Assembly (NCBI GenBank): GCA_028285305.1
Contig: JANQPV010000022.1
Location: 137,322 to 201,321 of the forward strand
Source: Alphaproteobacteria bacterium
GTDB taxonomy: Bacteria > Pseudomonadota > Alphaproteobacteria > SMXP01
Length of the DNA: 64,000 nucleotides
Direction of reading: 5' to 3'
In this document: piece after piece, positions 55,189-64,000 of the stretch
Layout of the letters: each line of letters opens with the position of its first letter
Numbering within the stretch: the stretch's first letter is position 1
Notes under the pieces: generated by a model
Seen by the model: the letters and a program-made list of their open reading frames with translations, nothing else
Told to the model about the DNA's origin: nothing
Database searches by the model: none
Made by a program: the position numbers and the translations under genes

Positions 55189-56448
55189 ATGGCTTCTCAA
55201 AAGATAGTTTCGAAATCGTGGCTCCGTCGTCGCTTATCCACAGCAAGTGCGATTGGGCTGTTTGCGACGATCCCCGCTCTTTCGCTCACAATTGCGACCG
55301 CCGACGAATTGCTCAGGGGGCCGCTTGATGTAGAAGGAGAACAAATCGCCGTTGTCGAGGAGGCGCAAAGCGTTACTGATCCGACGTCTACGGACGGTGA
55401 TAAGGAGCCTTCCGAAGCGGACGCGACGCAGTCGGGCGCCGAAGAACTGAACGAGGCTCTCGAGACGGCTGAGTCTGACTCAGATGCCGCACAAGAGCCC
55501 GCCGAATCAAACGGTGAACAAGAGCTCGCTGACAGTGTTGCGGAACAAGCCGATCCGGGTGAAGCGACCTCCGAAAAAATAGAAGTCACACTTGACGGAG
55601 ACGCGGTTCAAAAAGGGCGACAGGTTGCGGATGCGGCCAATGCCAACGACTCCGGCTGGATTGATTCCGTGGCCGAACTAAAGATGATCTTGAAAAACAG
55701 CCGCGGACGCGAGTCGCGCCGGGTGATGGTGGTGAAGCTTTTAGAGGGTGAAGAGCCAGAAGTTTCCTCTGAAATCGAAGAGATGGCGGTCATTCAGGTT
55801 TCAGAAGATGCCTTTGAGCCCCAATTCGAGGACGCTAAGAAAGACGAAAAGAAAGACGAGAAGAAGTCCAGAGGCCGTGTTGAAGGCGACCGGTCGTTGG
55901 TTGTCTTTCTTGATCCCGCTGACATCACGGGAACAGCCTTGCTCAGCTTTAATAATGTAGAACGGGCCGATGATCAGTGGCTCTATTTGCCGTCAGTTCG
56001 CAAGACAAGAAGAATTGCCGCCTCAAAGCGCAACGGCTCATTTGTTGCAAGCGAATTCACGTATGAAGATATGGTGCCCAGTGAAGTGGACGAGTTCACC
56101 TATCGATACATTGGGGAAGAGCCTTGCGGTGATGCCGAATCTTGTCATCGGGTCGAACGCGTGCCGGTCGACAAGGACGCAGGGTACAAACGCCAAGAGG
56201 TTCTGTGGGATACGGAAGAGTTTCGGCCCTATCAGATCGAATACTTCAATAAGCGGGACGAACTTGAAAAGACGCTCGCGAGTTCAGACTTTCGCCTATA
56301 CAAAGAAAAATTCTGGCGCCCACACTACCAGGAGATGAAAAATCATCAGACTGGGAAAAGTACCGAGTTGTATCTCAACAACATAGAATTTGAAACAGGC
56401 CTAAAGAAGCGAGATTTCAATGCACAAAGACTCGACAAGGTTCAGTAG
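55189..56448 (+). CDS. outer-membrane lipoprotein-sorting (LolA-like, DUF1329-type) protein with acidic extensions
   Basis: Signal peptide; GDRSLVVFLDPADITGTALL, DDQWLYLPSVRKTRRI, GSFVASEFTYED, IEYFNKRDELEKTL, M.NHQTGKST.L. Confidence 0.85.
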   Translation: MASQKIVSKSWLRRRLSTASAIGLFATIPALSLTIATADELLRGPLDVEGEQIAVVEEAQSVTDPTSTDGDKEPSEADATQSGAEELNEALETAESDSDAAQEPAESNGEQELADSVAEQADPGEATSEKIEVTLDGDAVQKGRQVADAANANDSGWIDSVAELKMILKNSRGRESRRVMVVKLLEGEEPEVSSEIEEMAVIQVSEDAFEPQFEDAKKDEKKDEKKSRGRVEGDRSLVVFLDPADITGTALLSFNNVERADDQWLYLPSVRKTRRIAASKRNGSFVASEFTYEDMVPSEVDEFTYRYIGEEPCGDAESCHRVERVPVDKDAGYKRQEVLWDTEEFRPYQIEYFNKRDELEKTLASSDFRLYKEKFWRPHYQEMKNHQTGKSTELYLNNIEFETGLKKRDFNAQRLDKVQ

Positions 56449-56503
56449 CTGTGTTAGCGCGGATAACGCGTGTGCGAGCAGAGTTAGTAAAATAGTACCC
56501 ATA

Positions 56504-57835
56504 ATGACAAATGATCCGATCTGTGGTGCAAGGGGTGGATCCGGAACGGATGTCGGCTCTCAGCGCATAATATCCAAGCTGGGGCTTTTGGCGGCTTCTG
56601 CGCTGCTCGGGGCTTCATTTTTGGTGGCGCCGGCGGTCAATGCTCAGCCAATTAGCGACATCATCAAAGACACGCTCGAGAATACGGATTCGCGGGGCCA
56701 CATCGGCACCGAGGTCCGAATTTTCCCCGAGAATCCAAGATTTGATGGCCAGGACGAATCAACATTTTCGCCGTCTGTCTTTCTTGAGCCGAGAATCATC
56801 TATCACTCAGACAATAAGCGCCACTACATCAACTTCGTGCCTTTTGCCCGCTGGGATAACGATGACGATAATAGAACGCATGCGGATATTCGTGAACTAA
56901 GCTACTCCTATCTGGGAGACTGGTTCGATGTTCGTTTCGGCATCAGCAAAGTATTCTGGGGCGTTGCGGAATCGAGCAATCCGGTTGACGTCATCAACCA
57001 AACTGACCTTGTCGATGACCCTATCAGCGGTGATGCAAAGCTGGGTCAGCCGATGGTAAACTTCAGTGTGCCGACCAGTTTTGGAACTGTCGAGCTTTAT
57101 GTGATGTCCGGGTTTCGTGAGCGCACGTTCCCGGATGCGACGGCCCGTTTCAGAGGACCTGTGCCTATTGAAGACGATGATGCGGAATTCGAATCGGCTG
57201 CTGAAAATTGGGCCATGGACTACGCTGGCCGCTATTCCCACACATTTGGTCCGGTCGATTTGGGCGTTAGCCACTTTTACGGGACCAACCGGGAGCCGCG
57301 TTTGACGCTTGACACTCGTGCGTCGGGTCCGGTCTTTGTGCCGAACTATGATCGTATTCATCAGACTGGTGTCGATGTACGCGCGTTGCTTGGTGATTTG
57401 ATCGTTAAGGGCGAAGGGATTTACCGCAATGGCGATCTTGATGACTTCTTTGCTGCGGTTGTAGGCGGTGAGTACACCATCTACGAAATCTTTCGGGCCG
57501 GCGGACATGGTGTCGACCTAAGTCTGCTTGCGGAATACTTGTATGATGGACGAGAGACGGTCGGCTTTGACCAACCGTTCTTGTTCAACAACGACGTGTA
57601 TGGCGGTATGCGGATGGCCTTTAACGATACAAATGACACCGTCCTGCTTCTGAGCAGCGTGGTCGATGTTGAGACCGGTGTCACAGGTGTGTCATTTGAA
57701 GCTGAACGCAGGGTGCTAGTTTATTTTACCGGTGAATTTGAAGCTCGCTTTATTGTTAGCGCGGCTGATACCGCTGTCGAAGAGAACTTTAGCGACGATG
57801 GTTTTGTTGCTTTGCGGTTGAAGTACAATTTTTAG
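56504..57835 (+). CDS. outer-membrane beta-barrel protein (DUF1302-like partner of LolA-like/MMPL genes)
   Basis: Signal peptide (AVNA), RTHADIREL, G.SKVFWGV.E...VDVINQTD, KLGQPM, GFRERTF, EYLYDGR, C-terminal LRLKYNF beta-signal. Start uncertain. Confidence 0.75.
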   Translation: MTNDPICGARGGSGTDVGSQRIISKLGLLAASALLGASFLVAPAVNAQPISDIIKDTLENTDSRGHIGTEVRIFPENPRFDGQDESTFSPSVFLEPRIIYHSDNKRHYINFVPFARWDNDDDNRTHADIRELSYSYLGDWFDVRFGISKVFWGVAESSNPVDVINQTDLVDDPISGDAKLGQPMVNFSVPTSFGTVELYVMSGFRERTFPDATARFRGPVPIEDDDAEFESAAENWAMDYAGRYSHTFGPVDLGVSHFYGTNREPRLTLDTRASGPVFVPNYDRIHQTGVDVRALLGDLIVKGEGIYRNGDLDDFFAAVVGGEYTIYEIFRAGGHGVDLSLLAEYLYDGRETVGFDQPFLFNNDVYGGMRMAFNDTNDTVLLLSSVVDVETGVTGVSFEAERRVLVYFTGEFEARFIVSAADTAVEENFSDDGFVALRLKYNF

Positions 57836-57964
57836 AAGTACGTTACCCGGGGCAGCTTGGGTCGAAGTGTACGAGTTGCTCGCTGGCGCCTTATAGACTT
57901 TTCGTGTGGTCTTGTGTGAGTAGGGGCGAAGCGGATAGGGCTTTCGTCTCTAGAAAGAGAACAC

Positions 57965-60553
57965 ATGAATCGTCTTAAAAAGCGCAATCGGGTGTGGCGC
58001 CTTACTTCTTACTCGACTAAGCGCCTTTACCGAAAGAAAATTCTCCCCTCCTTTGTCAGTTCAGATACTAAAGGCGCGCGCGTGCGCGCCTGGATTGCCG
58101 GCATTGTTATGATCGTTTCGATCTTGGGATCGATGTACGGCATGCAGTATCTCGGGTTCGTCTCCGATAATCGCGCATTTATCGGTCCTCAAAATCCGTA
58201 TCTGGAAGTCCTCAATACGTTTGAAGCGAATTTCTCGTCGAACCGTAACGTCATAATCGGGATCTACCCCAAAGAAGCCGGTGGAACGGTCTTTGAAGAA
58301 AGCACCCTTGAGGCGATCGCCAACTTAACGGAGGACGGCTGGCTAATTTCGTATATCGCCCGCGTTTCTTCGTTGACGAATTTCTCTCGTACTTATCCCG
58401 GTGTCTCTGAAGAGGGGGACGATGAGCTGGTCGTCGAGCAATTGCTCGAATCGGTGGATGATCTATCGCCTGAGAAAGCCATCGAAGTTAAGGGGCTGGC
58501 CCTCAGTGATCCATTGCTCGTCAACAATTTAGTATCTCCTGAAGGCGATTTCACAGCTGTTGTGCTTTCTGCGATTTCGGACCTTCCAAATGATGCTCCG
58601 GTTACGATCATGGAGGAAGTGCGCACGCTCGTCGCGGAGTATGAGCGCGACTATCCCCATTTGGAGTTTGCCTTTGCCGGGGCGATACCCGGGTCCGATG
58701 CACTGAGGACGGTCGCAATCGGCGATTTGCTCATACTGGCGCCGGTCGCCCTGTTCGCCGTGTTCTTGGCGCTCGCCGTGCTGGTGCGTTCAATCCTGAT
58801 GGCGTTGATCATCTTTGGGCAAATTTTAGCGGCCACGATGATTGCAATGGGAATTGCCGGGTGGTTGCATTTCGTATTGGATCCTGCGTCCGTCAATGCG
58901 ACCGTGATGATTGCCGTGTTGGGACTGGCTCACGGAGTGCATTTCATAACGTCCCTTCAAAAAGCACAGGTCAGGCTTGGATCTCAAAAAGAAGCCGTCG
59001 ATGAGGCACTTCGAAGTAACTTCTCTCCGGTTTTTCTGAGCACAATCAGCACAATTGTGGGCTGTCTGTCGATGAATTGGTCCGACGCGCCGCCCTTTCA
59101 CACCTTGGGCAATATCACCGCGATTGGCTTGGTTTTCGGATTTATCTACTGGTGTACGTTCGTTCCCTACATGCTGCGGCGAATTCCTTTTCCCAAGTCT
59201 GCGCCCAAACCCATGCTGGGACCGTTTGAAAATCACATCGGCGAATTGGTGATTCGCTACCGCACACAGATCTTGCTTTTCAGTCCTTTACTGGTGCTCT
59301 TAATCGGTTTTGGCCTCACGCAGTTGCAGCTTGCAGACAATTTCGTCAAGGAAATTGGCACGCGGTACGAATTCAGAACCGACTCGGACCTGGTTTCGAA
59401 GAAATTGGGGGGCGAGTCGTCAATAGAGTTTGTTCTTGATGCAGGCGAGAGCAATGGCGTGATGGAACCTGCGTTTCTGGCAGAGGCAGAAAAACTCGCA
59501 AACTTTCTCCGCGACCTTCCCGATACGTCCACGGTCTACACGATCACGGAAATTATCAAGAGGCTAAACCGTGACATCAATAAAGGGGACGGAGAGTACT
59601 ACCGTTTGCCAAATACGCCTTTTGAAACGGGACAATATATCTTCCTTTATGAAATGTCGCTTCCTCACGGCACGGACCTTACGGATCGAATTGATATCGA
59701 TCGGCAACTGCTACGGATCACGGCTCGCGTTTGGACGGGTGAGTCCATTGAATTGAAACGCTTTGAAAGCAAAGTGATGGCTTGGGTAGAGGAGAACATC
59801 CCTGAACCCTACAAGGTCCATATGACGGGCTCTTCCGTCATCTATGCGCATATCTCTGCCACCAATATTCGGTCCATGATCGGGGGAACATTCTTCTCTC
59901 TCATCTTTGTGTCGTTCATGTTGATCGCAATCTTGCGACGTCCGCAGATCAGCGCCTTCTCGCTTCTGGCCAATGTTCTTCCCGCGGTTATGGCGCTTGG
60001 TGTCTGGGGCATTGTGAGCGGAAGCGTGGGCATGGCCGTGTCTGTCGTTGTTGCGCTCACATTCGGCATCGTCGTCGACGACACCGTCCACTTTTTGAGT
60101 CGGTATCTGGATGCTAGGCGAAAATTCGGAATGGATTCTGTAGACGCGGTCAGATACACGATGGATAAGGTCGGCCGCGCGATTGTGATCACGTCCTTTA
60201 TCCTATGTTTCGGATTCGCGTTTCTAGTGGGTTCCGGTTACGGAGTAACCAAGAGTTTCGGAGCTCTCGCCGCATCCATAATCATGGCTGCGCTGATCTT
60301 CGATTTACTAATATTACCCTGCATCTTAATTTGGATAGATCGCCCTAAGAGTGTTGCAAAATCGCAATCAACTCATGATACGACATCTTATCCACCTACG
60401 ATCTCGCCTTCTGTCGGGTATTCCGATGATTCCGTTCAACTTACAGGGGCGAATGAATCTCAAGCGGAGGTTGAACGGCGCAAGAGGTCGGTGGCTTCGT
60501 CAGCGGTAAGAACCGGTGTTGAAGAGCGTCCAGTGGACCCTCTGAGTCGATGA
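57965..60553 (+). CDS. MMPL/RND family transporter
   Basis: Two repeats of TM plus periplasmic domain plus five TM; SLTNF, STIVG.LS, LLANVLP, GIVVDDTVHFLSRY, GRAIVITS, DLLILP. Confidence 0.9.
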   Translation: MNRLKKRNRVWRLTSYSTKRLYRKKILPSFVSSDTKGARVRAWIAGIVMIVSILGSMYGMQYLGFVSDNRAFIGPQNPYLEVLNTFEANFSSNRNVIIGIYPKEAGGTVFEESTLEAIANLTEDGWLISYIARVSSLTNFSRTYPGVSEEGDDELVVEQLLESVDDLSPEKAIEVKGLALSDPLLVNNLVSPEGDFTAVVLSAISDLPNDAPVTIMEEVRTLVAEYERDYPHLEFAFAGAIPGSDALRTVAIGDLLILAPVALFAVFLALAVLVRSILMALIIFGQILAATMIAMGIAGWLHFVLDPASVNATVMIAVLGLAHGVHFITSLQKAQVRLGSQKEAVDEALRSNFSPVFLSTISTIVGCLSMNWSDAPPFHTLGNITAIGLVFGFIYWCTFVPYMLRRIPFPKSAPKPMLGPFENHIGELVIRYRTQILLFSPLLVLLIGFGLTQLQLADNFVKEIGTRYEFRTDSDLVSKKLGGESSIEFVLDAGESNGVMEPAFLAEAEKLANFLRDLPDTSTVYTITEIIKRLNRDINKGDGEYYRLPNTPFETGQYIFLYEMSLPHGTDLTDRIDIDRQLLRITARVWTGESIELKRFESKVMAWVEENIPEPYKVHMTGSSVIYAHISATNIRSMIGGTFFSLIFVSFMLIAILRRPQISAFSLLANVLPAVMALGVWGIVSGSVGMAVSVVVALTFGIVVDDTVHFLSRYLDARRKFGMDSVDAVRYTMDKVGRAIVITSFILCFGFAFLVGSGYGVTKSFGALAASIIMAALIFDLLILPCILIWIDRPKSVAKSQSTHDTTSYPPTISPSVGYSDDSVQLTGANESQAEVERRKRSVASSAVRTGVEERPVDPLSR

Positions 60554-61008
60554 GATTCAGTAGGGTTTGAGAGTGCTTGTGTCTGATCCGGTTGCACGCT
60601 GGAGCAAATTTCTTTCCCTTTCAACGTGTTATTCCAGTGTCGTATCATCACTGTGCGGAAAGATGTAGAAGTGATTCGCACGCATTTCGCAAACTTACAA
60701 CCGTAGTCATTCGCCTGCGACAAGTTTTCCCCTCAAACGAGAATCTATAGTTAATAGGCGGGTTCTAGGGCCGTGAGAAGGTTTATCACAGGGCCATAGC
60801 GTCTTGAATCCATCGGGAATCTTTGATATCGCTCTTGCCGGGTGGACTGTTACGTACGCTGAAATAGGATCGTGCGCGTCACTGTGCGCAGGACAGAAAT
60901 AAAGTACGGTTCCCCCAAACATAACAAAAAAATATTGCCCCCGGGAAGAAGTTTTGGGTCAAACGCCGGCTGTGCCGGCATTGTATGTGTCTTAAGGGGA
61001 TACTTAGA

Positions 61009-64000
61009 ATGCAGCAGAATGGTAATAATAATAACAATCGTAAAAAGCCAATTGCACAAACGCCTGACGAGCCAATTGCTATCGTAGGCATCGGGTGCCG
61101 GTACCCAGGCGGGTCCAACGACCCGGAAACATTCTGGACCAACTTGAAAGAGGGAAAGACGGGCATCGCCGAAGTGCCCGCCGATCGCTGGAATGCGGAC
61201 CTCTATTACGATCCGGATCCGGACAAACCACATGTCGCCTACACAAAGTGGGGCGGTTTTATCGACGATTTCGACAAGTTCGACGCTGACTTCTTCAAGA
61301 TCTCCCCCCGAGAAGCTGTCGCGATGGACCCTCAGCAACGCATGTTGCTTGAAGTGTCCTGGGAAGCGCTGGAAGATGCGGGGGTTTCCGCCGACGCTTT
61401 GCCCGGCAGTGATACTTCCGTTTATGTTGGGGTTTCGATCAACGACTATCAAACGCTGCAATGGATTGCGCGTGAAGAAGATCTCCACCTCGGCCCGGGA
61501 ACAGCTCTTGCCGTAACATCTAATCGTATTTCGCACCGGTATAACCTTGCTGGGCCAAGTATGTCGGTGGACACAGCCTGTTCTTCGGCCATGGTTGCAA
61601 CAAATCTCGCGTGCCATAGCTTGTGGCGCGGTGAGTCTTCGATATCGATCGTGGGCGGTGTCAATATGATGCTGCATCCGGGGATCTCGATTACGTTCTC
61701 CAAAGCCAACATGATGTCCAAGGACAGTTTGTTGAAAGCCTTCGATTCGCGGGCCAACGGATATATCCGAGGCGAGGGTGTTGGTGTCGTTATCTTGAAG
61801 CGTTTGTCCGATGCGGTTGCCGATGGTGATCGGATCTATGCGCTCATCCGCGGCACTGTTCTGAACCAGGATGGCCAAACGACGACTATCACGGTCCCGA
61901 ATGGTGATGCCCAAATGGAAATGCTCCAGGCGGTTTGCGATCAGGCTGAAGTTGACCCGTTGTCGGTAAGCTATGTTGAGGCGCACGGCACAGGTACACC
62001 TGTTGGCGATCCTATCGAAGCCAATGCAATTGGATCCGTTTTCGGAAAAGGTCGTGAGGGTGATGACTACCTGTTAATGGGCTCCGTTAAGCCCAACATC
62101 GGACACTTGGAATCGGGTGCTGGTGTTGCCGGTTTGATCAAAGGTGCCCTGGCTGCGTTTCACGGCGAAGTCCCGCCTAACATCAATTTCGAGACGCCAA
62201 ACGAGAACATCAAGTTCGACGAATACAATTTGAAGGTGCCAACGGAAGTCATCGAGATGACGAAGCCGAAGGGCGAACGGTATGTCGCGATCAACTCGTT
62301 CGGATTTGGTGGAACCAACGCCTGCTCTCTGGTGTCGGACTATGTGCCGCCAACCTCTTCTATCGGAGTGGCTCGGCCTGTTATTCAGCCTACCTACAAA
62401 TCAGGCCTGAAGTACTTGCCGCTCAGTGCAGCGACCTCCACAGCGCTTTCGACGCGGGCAACCAGCCTTGCCGATTGGATTGAGCAAAACAATCTTACTT
62501 CAGACGATGTGGCGCTTCAGCTCGGTAAGCGGAACGCGCACCTGGATCAGAGAGTTTTGGTCACCGGTAAAAACCAAAACGAGCTGATCGCGAACCTGAG
62601 AGCGATTGGTGCGGACGAAATGCCTGAGCATTTGATCTCTGGCCGTCGCTCCGAAAAGCAGCCACTGGCAATGGTCTTCTCCGGCCAAGGTAGCCAATGG
62701 TGGGCCATGGGCCGTGACTTGTTCAAGAACGATGCTTTGTTCAAGTCGGTCCTTCATCGTTTCGATGAGACCTTCACTCAGGTCTCCGGTTGGTCTCTTG
62801 TTAAAGAGATGCTCGCCGAGAGCGAAGATGCCTCGCGTATCAATGAGACCATCGTCACCCAGCCAGCGATTTGCGCATTGCAAGTCGGCTTGGTCGAGCG
62901 ATGGAAAGCTTGGGGCATCGAGCCTGACGTGGTCATCGGCCACTCTGTCGGTGAGATCGCTGCGGGTTATGCAGCTGGCTCCCTGACGCTGGAACAGGCC
63001 GCTGAGTTTATCTACCACCGTGCACGTCCACAGCCTGAACGTGAAGGTGCGATCGCCGCTGTCGGCATTTCCTTGGAGGAAGCTGAGGAGTTGTGCGCCA
63101 CAACCGGAGAAGGTCTGGTGGAAATCGGCGGCATTAATTCGCCGACCCTCATCACGATCGCTGGTGACAGAGATAAAGTGCATGCCATTCTTGACGAGCT
63201 GCGCTCGCGGGATCCGGCGCCACTTGCCCGTCTCATCAAGATGAACTATGCGCCGCATACGTTCCATGTGGATGTCTTTAAGGACGAGTTCCTTGAAAGC
63301 GTGAAGCACATCGAGACACAAGCTCCGCGCATCAAGTGGATCTCCACTGTGACCGGCGAGCTTATCACCGAAGCTCCCGATTCAGACTATTTCTGGCGCA
63401 ACATCCGTCAAACGGTGAAGTTCCAGCACGCCATCATGAAGGCGAAAGAACTGGATTACGGTGCGTTCTTGGAGATCGGTGCGCATTCTACGCTTGGTGG
63501 TCCTGTCCATGCCTGTTTGGACGGCGAAGGACTGGTGGTGAACTCACTGCACCGGAGTAAGCCGGATTCAGAGGCGATCACAAATGCTCTTGGTCAGCTG
63601 TATGTGAACGGCTTTGATCTCGATTGGGAAGGTATCATCGGCCGGGCCAACTCATTTGTGCAACTTCCCCATTATCCATGGGAGCACAAGGAGTACTGGC
63701 CGGAATCCGAGAACCTGAGCAACACACTCTTTAAGAACCATGAAGGGCCTTTGTTGGGTGAACGTCAAAAGACGCAAACGCCAAACTGGCTTTCCTCGAT
63801 TGGTTTGGAAGGCTTCCGGTACATTGAAGGTCACAACATTGACCATTCGGTGATTTTCCCTGGTGCTGGATACATGGAGTTGGCGTTCGAAGCTGCGCGT
63901 GCCCTCAACACTGCAGAGGACGAAGCGATTGAGATCGAAGATCTCAAGCTGGACGATGCCCTGTTCATGTCTGAGGACGCTGTGTACCAGGTTCAGACCG
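61009..64000 (+). CDS. type I polyketide synthase (KS-AT-DH...), truncated by the window end
   Basis: Manual translation from ATG 61009 (AAGGGG RBS): EPIAIVGIGCRYPG, MDPQQRMLLE, DTACSS (Cys 61579), HGTGT (61984), KPNIGHLE (62104), AT FSGQGSQW and GHSVG (Ser 62944), LPHYPW, DH HNIDHSVIFPGAGY (63832). No in-frame stop seen to 64000; absent from the ORF track. Confidence 0.95.
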   Translation, partial: MQQNGNNNNNRKKPIAQTPDEPIAIVGIGCRYPGGSNDPETFWTNLKEGKTGIAEVPADRWNADLYYDPDPDKPHVAYTKWGGFIDDFDKFDADFFKISPREAVAMDPQQRMLLEVSWEALEDAGVSADALPGSDTSVYVGVSINDYQTLQWIAREEDLHLGPGTALAVTSNRISHRYNLAGPSMSVDTACSSAMVATNLACHSLWRGESSISIVGGVNMMLHPGISITFSKANMMSKDSLLKAFDSRANGYIRGEGVGVVILKRLSDAVADGDRIYALIRGTVLNQDGQTTTITVPNGDAQMEMLQAVCDQAEVDPLSVSYVEAHGTGTPVGDPIEANAIGSVFGKGREGDDYLLMGSVKPNIGHLESGAGVAGLIKGALAAFHGEVPPNINFETPNENIKFDEYNLKVPTEVIEMTKPKGERYVAINSFGFGGTNACSLVSDYVPPTSSIGVARPVIQPTYKSGLKYLPLSAATSTALSTRATSLADWIEQNNLTSDDVALQLGKRNAHLDQRVLVTGKNQNELIANLRAIGADEMPEHLISGRRSEKQPLAMVFSGQGSQWWAMGRDLFKNDALFKSVLHRFDETFTQVSGWSLVKEMLAESEDASRINETIVTQPAICALQVGLVERWKAWGIEPDVVIGHSVGEIAAGYAAGSLTLEQAAEFIYHRARPQPEREGAIAAVGISLEEAEELCATTGEGLVEIGGINSPTLITIAGDRDKVHAILDELRSRDPAPLARLIKMNYAPHTFHVDVFKDEFLESVKHIETQAPRIKWISTVTGELITEAPDSDYFWRNIRQTVKFQHAIMKAKELDYGAFLEIGAHSTLGGPVHACLDGEGLVVNSLHRSKPDSEAITNALGQLYVNGFDLDWEGIIGRANSFVQLPHYPWEHKEYWPESENLSNTLFKNHEGPLLGERQKTQTPNWLSSIGLEGFRYIEGHNIDHSVIFPGAGYMELAFEAARALNTAEDEAIEIEDLKLDDALFMSEDAVYQVQT

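Noticed and set aside
60850-63321. Long minus-strand ORFs 60850-61986 (378 aa) and 62500-63321 (273 aa)
   Set aside because: Antisense shadows of the plus-strand PKS, which carries intact KS/AT motifs; the shadows have no recognisable protein features.
1-64000. CRISPR arrays, rRNA, transposases, prophage genes
   Set aside because: No regularly spaced repeat-spacer structure or corresponding protein motifs seen by eye; short degenerate elements could have been missed.

Overview
Chromosomal window from an alphaproteobacterium. The taxonomic call is an inference from the rnd-kdsD-lptCAB-rpoN-hpf-ptsN / DUF1150-hsp20 synteny, an alpha-type che cluster, CtrA-like boxes and a ROSE element. Left to right: (i) a truncated c-type cytochrome and transporters; (ii) a DUF3604 / TetR / TonB-dependent receptor module with four copies of a shared operator-like motif; (iii) a lipid/branched acyl-CoA catabolic region (IVD-like dehydrogenase, AtuC- and AtuE-like enzymes, four crotonases, two GSTs, two SDRs, AtoE); (iv) a chemotaxis cluster broken into divergent units, containing a Cle-type c-di-GMP-binding CheY-like protein and a CheT/CheZ-like gene; (v) conserved housekeeping genes and tRNA-Leu(CAG); (vi) from 52.1 kb to the window end, a co-oriented cluster of autotransporter, LolA-like protein, outer-membrane beta-barrel, MMPL/RND transporter and a reducing type I PKS (KS-AT-DH, running off the window and absent from the ORF track). 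Cluster (vi) is the best candidate for an undescribed system: a Gram-negative polyketide-lipid synthesis and trans-envelope export pathway, conceptually like mycobacterial PKS/MmpL/LppX. No CRISPR array, rRNA, integrase or transposase was seen. All family calls come from motif recognition by eye; no database searches were run.
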